DNA of 64,000 nt from an uncultured Clostridia bacterium (GTDB lineage: Bacteria > Bacillota > Clostridia > Oscillospirales > CAG-272), in assembly GCA_944391815.1 (NCBI GenBank), contig CALXUV010000020.1:7081-71080 (forward strand). Reading direction: 5' to 3'. Both the position numbers and the translations under genes were made by a program. The notes under the pieces were generated by a model that saw nothing but the letters and a program-made list of their open reading frames with translations, was not told where the DNA came from and ran no database searches. Positions 58,720-64,000 of this stretch are shown here, piece by piece (position 1 is the stretch's first letter; each line of letters begins with the position of its first letter).

Positions 58720-58786
58720 GTTTTATCCGAATTTGCATTCTGTAAACAAATTCCGTTTGGATTTTGAAATAACTGAATTATAAATT

Positions 58787-58828
58787 AAACTGCCTGTCGG
58801 TAGCAATTTGCTGACAGGCAGTTTTTTT
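58787..58828 (+). terminator. Intrinsic terminator
   Basis: AAACTGCCTGTC...GACAGGCAGTTTTTTT. Confidence 0.85.
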
Positions 58829-58954
58829 ATCAAACTAAGTATATATTTTCTGATATAAAAAAGATATTGATACATATATTTAAATTTTTCATTTAAATTT
58901 CAGTTACAAATACCGTTTCATAAGTATATTTTAAAAATTACATATTATGTTTAC

Positions 58955-58988
58955 AAAATAAAAATCAGCCGGCTGACAAGCCGGCTGA
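58955..58988 (-). terminator. Terminator of rpsB-tsf
   Basis: TCAGCCGGCT-N4-AGCCGGCTGA with adjacent A-rich run. Confidence 0.7.
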
Positions 58989-59016
58989 CTAAAAAATAAT
59001 TGCAATGGTTATATAA

Positions 59017-59946
59017 TTATTTTACCATTTTTGCTATTTCTTCAGCGAAATTCTCTTCTCTTTTCTCAATTCCTTCGCCTTTTGTGAAGCAAACAAATTC
59101 CTTAATCTTGATTTCTCCGCCGAATTCCTTTGCACACTGTGCGGTGTACTGAGCAACAGTCATAGAATCCTCTTTGACGTATGCCTGATCGACAAGACAA
59201 TGCTCCTCATAGTATTTGCCCATCTTGCCCTGAGCCATCTTTGCTATGATCTGATCGGGCTTGTTAGCGTTTTTGGGATCATTCTTGATCTGACTCATTA
59301 CAATTTCAAGCTCAGCGTTAACAACTGATTCAGGAACGTTGGTGCGGTCTACATACTCACAGGGGTTAGCTGCAAGCTGAAGTGCGATATTTTTCGCATA
59401 TTCAGCAAAACCTTCGCTGCTTACTGCCTTATCATCCGCATCAAATACCACTACAACACCCATGGTGCCTTTTCCGTGGATATAGGAAGAAAGTACTCCT
59501 TCTTTGACAACAAAACGGCGGAGGCTTATCTTCTCTCCGATTTTGAATATCTGCTCTTTGAGAACAACCTCGACAGTATCATCGGTTCCGTCGTATTTGC
59601 AAGCCATAAGAGCATCAACATCAGCCGGTCTGCAAGAAAGTATAGTTTTGAGGACTCCTTTTACAAACTCCTGGAACTTCTCATTCTTTGCAACGAAATC
59701 AGTTTCGGTGTTAACCTCAACCATTGCCGCAGTTTTCTTATCATCTGTAAGCATTATGTCAACTATTCCCTCAGCCGCTATTCTCGACTGCTTGGAATCA
59801 GCCTTAGCAAGACCTTTTTCACGAAGTACCTTTACCGCTTCGTCAAAATTACCGTCTGTTTCTACAAGTGCTTTTTTGCAATCCATCATTCCGCAACCAG
59901 TCATTGTTCTGAGTTCGGAAACCATTTTAGCTGTAATAACCGCCAT
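59017..59946 (-). CDS. tsf: Elongation factor Ts
   Basis: LRTMTGCGMMDCKKAL, EVNTETDFVAKN, IGEKISLRRF, GEGIEK. Confidence 0.97.
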   Translation of the reverse strand: MAVITAKMVSELRTMTGCGMMDCKKALVETDGNFDEAVKVLREKGLAKADSKQSRIAAEGIVDIMLTDDKKTAAMVEVNTETDFVAKNEKFQEFVKGVLKTILSCRPADVDALMACKYDGTDDTVEVVLKEQIFKIGEKISLRRFVVKEGVLSSYIHGKGTMGVVVVFDADDKAVSSEGFAEYAKNIALQLAANPCEYVDRTNVPESVVNAELEIVMSQIKNDPKNANKPDQIIAKMAQGKMGKYYEEHCLVDQAYVKEDSMTVAQYTAQCAKEFGGEIKIKEFVCFTKGEGIEKREENFAEEIAKMVK

Positions 59947-59991
59947 TTTTATCTCCATTCTGCCGATAATCCGGCTCTGCTTATTTTTTAA

Positions 59992-60735
59992 TTACTCAGC
60001 GTCTGCTTCTTCTGCTACTTCTTCGGTCTGCTCTTCTTCAGCCACATTCTGCTCGCCCTGTTTGCCCTCAATCACGGCATCGGCAAGTGCTGAAGCTATA
60101 AGCTTTATAGCACGGATAGCGTCATCGTTTCCGGGGATAATATAATCCGCATCATCGGGATCGCAGTTTGTATCCACTATTGCAACTACCGGAATGCCGA
60201 GCTTTTTGGCTTCCTGTACAGCAATATTTTCGTTACGCGGGTCAACTATGAACACTGCCGAAGGAAGTGTTTCCATTGTTTTGATTCCGCCGTAGTTTCT
60301 CTCCAGATCCGATTTTTCCTTGACAAGTTTTGCTACTTCCTTTTTGGTAAGAGCGTCGAATATGCCGTCTTCTTCCATTTTTTCGATCTGATGCAGACGT
60401 GCTATACTCTTTTTGATTGTCTGGAAGTTTGTGAGCATTCCGCCCGGCCAGCGACTGTTAACGTAGTACATTCCGCAGCGTGTTGCTTCCTCTTTGATCG
60501 CATCAGCAGCCTGTTTTTTGGTTCCGATAAACAGGATGGTTCCGTTCTGCATTGCAAGATCACGAACAAACATATAAGCTGTGTCGAATCTCTTTACCGT
60601 CTGAGAAAGGTCGATGATATGGATACCGTTACGCTCCTGGAATATGAAAGGAGCCATTTTAGGGTTCCATCTTCTGGTGTGATGTCCGAAATGGACGCCT
60701 GCTTCAAGCAGCTGTTTGATTGAAATTACTGACAT
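59992..60735 (-). CDS. rpsB: 30S ribosomal protein S2
   Basis: [41 protein letters not shown]. Confidence 0.98.
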   Translation of the reverse strand: MSVISIKQLLEAGVHFGHHTRRWNPKMAPFIFQERNGIHIIDLSQTVKRFDTAYMFVRDLAMQNGTILFIGTKKQAADAIKEEATRCGMYYVNSRWPGGMLTNFQTIKKSIARLHQIEKMEEDGIFDALTKKEVAKLVKEKSDLERNYGGIKTMETLPSAVFIVDPRNENIAVQEAKKLGIPVVAIVDTNCDPDDADYIIPGNDDAIRAIKLIASALADAVIEGKQGEQNVAEEEQTEEVAEEADAE

Positions 60736-60808
60736 TTTTTCTTCTCCTTTTGGTTTTTCCACCACTGCGCCAAATGGCATTTGCCACACCAAAACAGCAC
60801 AGTTGCGA
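60736..60808 (-). promoter_or_regulatory. Probable S2 autoregulatory leader
   Basis: Minus strand ACUGUGC...GGUGU...GCGCAGU-GGUGGAAAAACCAAAAGGAG, resembling rpsB leaders; TTGAAA-N17-TAAACT promoter upstream. Confidence 0.5.
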
Positions 60809-60881
60809 ATTTTTTAACTTCTTAAGTTTATCATATTCGGGATCATTTTTCAATCCCTGATGAACAAAATTAACAAATTGG

Positions 60882-62090
60882 TTACATATTTGTTTTGCCG
60901 AGCCTCATTCTGAAATCATTATATCCGAAATCCGTCAACCGGCTTATTCCGCCGTTTTCTCCGATCAGATAAATATTCGGGAGTGGCATACCGTTGAATG
61001 TGTTGTTTTTACAGAACGAATATATCGCCATGTCTCCGAGTATCAGCTTATCTCCTGCTTTAAGCTCATCCGCAAAAACATATTCACCGGTGAAATCTCC
61101 GGCAAGACAGGTTGGTCCTCCGAGCCTGTATCTGAACGTGCCTTCACCCGTTACTCCGTAAATCGGCGGATTGTACGGCATTTCGAGCACGTCCGGCATG
61201 TGGCAGGCAGGCGAAACGTCTGTAATCGCCGTTTTGATCTGCCCGTTTTCGACTATGTCAAGTATTTCCGTCACAAGATAGCCGGCGTTAAGCGCACAAG
61301 CTTCCCCGGGCTCAAGATAAACCGTCACATGATATTTTTCCGCCGTGTACTTTATACACCTTTCGAGCTTTTCCCTGTCGTAATCCGGTCTGGTAATATG
61401 GTGGCCTCCTCCGAAGTTGATCCATTTCAAATTACTGAGTATATCGCCGAACTTCAGCTCAACGGCTTGCAGAGTTTTTTCAAGTGCATCGCTGTTCTGT
61501 TCGCAAAGCGTATGAAAATGGATTCCGTCAAGCAGTTCGATGTCCTCTTTTGTAAGATATCTGTCGAAATTATATCTTGTGGTACCGAGCCTGCTTCCTT
61601 TTGAGCAGGGATCGTACATTCCTCCGTCCTGCACCGAGCATTCGGGATTTACTCTGAGTCCGATCTCACATCCGGCAGCCTTTGCCTTTTTACCGTATTT
61701 TTTCAGCTGAGCCGGCGAATTGAAAACGATATGATCACAGCATCCGACAATCCTGTCAAAGTCCCCTTCCCGATAAGCCGCCGAAAAAACGTGTACCTCT
61801 TTACCCGGCATTTTTTCTTTGCCGAGCAAGGCTTCGTAAAGTCCGCTTGCTTCCGTTCCGTCAAGATATTCCGACATAATCGGGTAAAGATCAAACCCGG
61901 AAAACGCTTTCTGCGCCAAAAGTATACGGCATCCCGTATTTTTTGAAACCTCAGAAAGGATTTTGCAGTTTCTGCGTATCATTTCTTCATCAATGGCATA
62001 GAACGGAGTTTCCGATACCGAAAGCAACAACTTGATTTTTTCATCACTAAGACCGGCAAACGCCGGTCTTTTATCAGCTTTCATATTCAC
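60882..62090 (-). CDS. nspC: Carboxynorspermidine/carboxyspermidine decarboxylase
   Basis: LLAQKAF, ASGLYEA, YDPC..SRLG, HFHTLCEQ, GGGHHIT, EPGEA, CLAGD, KNNTFNG. Confidence 0.95.
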   Translation of the reverse strand: MNMKADKRPAFAGLSDEKIKLLLSVSETPFYAIDEEMIRRNCKILSEVSKNTGCRILLAQKAFSGFDLYPIMSEYLDGTEASGLYEALLGKEKMPGKEVHVFSAAYREGDFDRIVGCCDHIVFNSPAQLKKYGKKAKAAGCEIGLRVNPECSVQDGGMYDPCSKGSRLGTTRYNFDRYLTKEDIELLDGIHFHTLCEQNSDALEKTLQAVELKFGDILSNLKWINFGGGHHITRPDYDREKLERCIKYTAEKYHVTVYLEPGEACALNAGYLVTEILDIVENGQIKTAITDVSPACHMPDVLEMPYNPPIYGVTGEGTFRYRLGGPTCLAGDFTGEYVFADELKAGDKLILGDMAIYSFCKNNTFNGMPLPNIYLIGENGGISRLTDFGYNDFRMRLGKTNM

Positions 62091-63346
62091 TCGACAGTCA
62101 CCGGATTTCTGGTTTCCTTATGCGGAAGACCGTATTTTGAAAGTGCGTCAAGGAACGGATCCGGATCAAATTCTTCGACTGTATAAACACCTTTTTTGTT
62201 CCATTTTCCGGTCAGAAGCATCATAGCTCCGCACATTGCCGGAACTCCAGTTGTATAAGATATTGCCTGTGAACCGACTTCAAGGTAACATTCACGGTGA
62301 TCGCAAACGTTGTAGATGTAGTATTTTTTGTCTTTTCCGTCTTTTTTACCGGTGAATATGCAGCCGATGTTGGTTTTTCCCACCGTTCTGGCGCCAAGCT
62401 CTGCAGGATCCGGAAGCAATGCTTTCAGGAACTGTATCGGTACTATCTCCTGTCCCTGGAACATTATGGGCGTAGTTGAAAGCATTCCGACGTTTTCAAG
62501 ACACTTCATATGCGTAAGGTAACTCTGACCGAATGTCATGAAAAATCTAATGCGCTTTACTCCCGGTATATTTTTGGCAAGCGACTCTATCTCCTCGTGA
62601 TGAAGCAGATACATGTCCTTTTTTCCAACCTCATCGAAGTTGTACTCACGTTTTATCGACATTGCCGGAATTTCAACCCATTTTCCGTTTTCCCAGTAAC
62701 TTCCGGGAGCTGAAACCTCACGGAGATTGATTTCCGGGTTAAAGTTTGTGGCAAACGGGTATCCGTGATCTCCTCCGTTGCAGTCAAGAATATCTATTGT
62801 TTCAATTGTGTCAAATTCATGTTTTTGAGCGTATGCACAGTAAGCCTGTGTTACGCCGGGATCAAAGCCCGAACCCAGAAGTGCGGTAAGTCCCGCTTTT
62901 TCGAATTTTTCTTTATATGCATACTGCCATGAATAGTCAAAGTAAGCCGAAAAGCCTTCTTCTTTGCAGCGCTTTTCGTATATTTTTCTCCATTCCGGAT
63001 CGTCAGTATTTTCCGGCTCATAATTTGCGGTATCCATGTAATTTACTCCGCATTCAAGACAAGCGTCCATTATCGTCAGATCCTGATAAGGAAGCGCAAT
63101 GTTCATTACAAGCTCAGGTTTGTAGCTCTTTATAAGTTTTACTACCTCTTCGGTTTTGTCGGCATCCACCTGTGCCGTTGTGATAACTGTTTTTGTTTTC
63201 GGTCTTAATTTTTCCGCAAGTGCATCACATTTTGACTTAGTTCTGCTTGCTATGCATATTTCCGAAAACACTTCACTTGCCTGACAGCATTTACTTATCG
63301 CCACCTGTGCGACTCCGCCGCAACCTATAACCAAAACTCTGCTCAT
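62087..63346 (-). CDS. Carboxy(nor)spermidine dehydrogenase (saccharopine dehydrogenase family)
   Basis: GCGGVA, ALPYQDL, DTANYE, GFDPGVT, FATNFNPEINLRE, HEEIESL, SYTTGVPA; adjacent to nspC. Confidence 0.93.
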   Translation of the reverse strand: MSRVLVIGCGGVAQVAISKCCQASEVFSEICIASRTKSKCDALAEKLRPKTKTVITTAQVDADKTEEVVKLIKSYKPELVMNIALPYQDLTIMDACLECGVNYMDTANYEPENTDDPEWRKIYEKRCKEEGFSAYFDYSWQYAYKEKFEKAGLTALLGSGFDPGVTQAYCAYAQKHEFDTIETIDILDCNGGDHGYPFATNFNPEINLREVSAPGSYWENGKWVEIPAMSIKREYNFDEVGKKDMYLLHHEEIESLAKNIPGVKRIRFFMTFGQSYLTHMKCLENVGMLSTTPIMFQGQEIVPIQFLKALLPDPAELGARTVGKTNIGCIFTGKKDGKDKKYYIYNVCDHRECYLEVGSQAISYTTGVPAMCGAMMLLTGKWNKKGVYTVEEFDPDPFLDALSKYGLPHKETRNPVTVE

Positions 63347-63347
63347 T

Positions 63348-64000
63348 TCAAATCCTCTCTTTCTTATTTCCGAGTACCGAAAGCAAAAGCTCCCGCAGTA
63401 CTTTACATGCCACTGCCGTAGACGCGCCGGTCGGATCAAGCATCGGCGCCAACTCGTTGATATCCGCCGCTATGACGTTACACTCCGACACCCTGATTAT
63501 TGCATTTAAAAGCTCATTAAAACTTACTCCACCGGCTTCCGGAGTTCCCGTTCCGGGAAAAACCGAGGTGTCAAGGCAGTCAAGATCTATACTGAAGTAC
63601 ACCGGTGTATTCTTTTCTTTAAGTTCGTTTACCGCTTCGGCGAGATTATCAAAGCCGAATTTATTCATATCTGTATTTTTGTCTGCATATACAAATTCAC
63701 TTCTGTCTCCGCTGCGGATACAGAACTGGTGTATTTTTCCTACCCCGTCCAGTTCGTTGCACCTGCGCATTACACAGGCATGACTCAGTCTGACTCCGAG
63801 ATAATCGTCTCTTAAATCTGCATGAGCATCAAAATGAATAATATCGATTTTTCCGAACTTTTTAACCGCCGCTCTTACTGCACCGAGAGTCACCAGGTGC
63901 TCCCCTCCTATCAGGAACGGCATTTTACCGTCATCAAGAATTTCCGTTGCGGTACATTCTATCATTTCAAGCGGTTTTTCCGGGCTGCCGAAAGGAAGCT
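63348..64000 (-). CDS. speB: Agmatinase, 5' part outside window
   Basis: GGEHLVT, DAHADL, SHA, DLDCLD...PGTGTPEAGG, ELAP; frame stays open to the window edge (LPFGSPEKPLEM). Confidence 0.92.
   Translation of the reverse strand, partial: LPFGSPEKPLEMIECTATEILDDGKMPFLIGGEHLVTLGAVRAAVKKFGKIDIIHFDAHADLRDDYLGVRLSHACVMRRCNELDGVGKIHQFCIRSGDRSEFVYADKNTDMNKFGFDNLAEAVNELKEKNTPVYFSIDLDCLDTSVFPGTGTPEAGGVSFNELLNAIIRVSECNVIAADINELAPMLDPTGASTAVACKVLRELLLSVLGNKKERI

Noticed and set aside
60882-64000. speB-CASDH-nspC cluster as a novel pathway
   Set aside because: Matches the established carboxyspermidine route to spermidine in gut bacteria

Overview
Chromosomal segment of a spore-forming Clostridia-type Firmicute. 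The taxonomy is inferred from spoVFA/B, yabO-yabP-yabQ, the ispH-rpsA fusion, tmcAL divergent from ackA, and the CASDH/CASDC spermidine pathway; translation uses standard code 11. About 45 CDS are present, mostly housekeeping (aroK, cmk, plsC, ispH-rpsA, aroF-tyrA, gpsA, hup, ackA, tex, msmX-like, tsf, rpsB, speB-CASDH-nspC). There is also a scattered set of cytoplasmic uronic-acid glycan enzymes (three heparinase II/III-fold lyases, GH88, a hexapeptide acyltransferase, a URO-D-like protein) and a partial GH78 rhamnosidase. I found no rRNA, tRNA, CRISPR array, prophage, intact transposase or recognisable defence system. The best non-annotated signals are in intergenic DNA. (1) A complete ribosome-coupled attenuator with a Tyr-rich leader peptide (MITLRFATEYYYRYYLK) lies upstream of aroF-tyrA, where a Firmicute would normally carry a T-box. 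(2) An internal sigma-A promoter plus Shine-Dalgarno sits inside the ispH-rpsA fusion and could yield free S1. (3) A roughly 210-nt structured RNA candidate is bounded by a promoter and a terminator. (4) A 33-bp tandem array of palindromes with variable centres lies between plsC and ispH. (5) An IS150-like miniature element sits in the loop of a repeated hairpin. (6) There are three apparent single-A deletions (rsuA-like gene, esterase remnant, yabQ). All calls were made by eye, without database searches or folding software.
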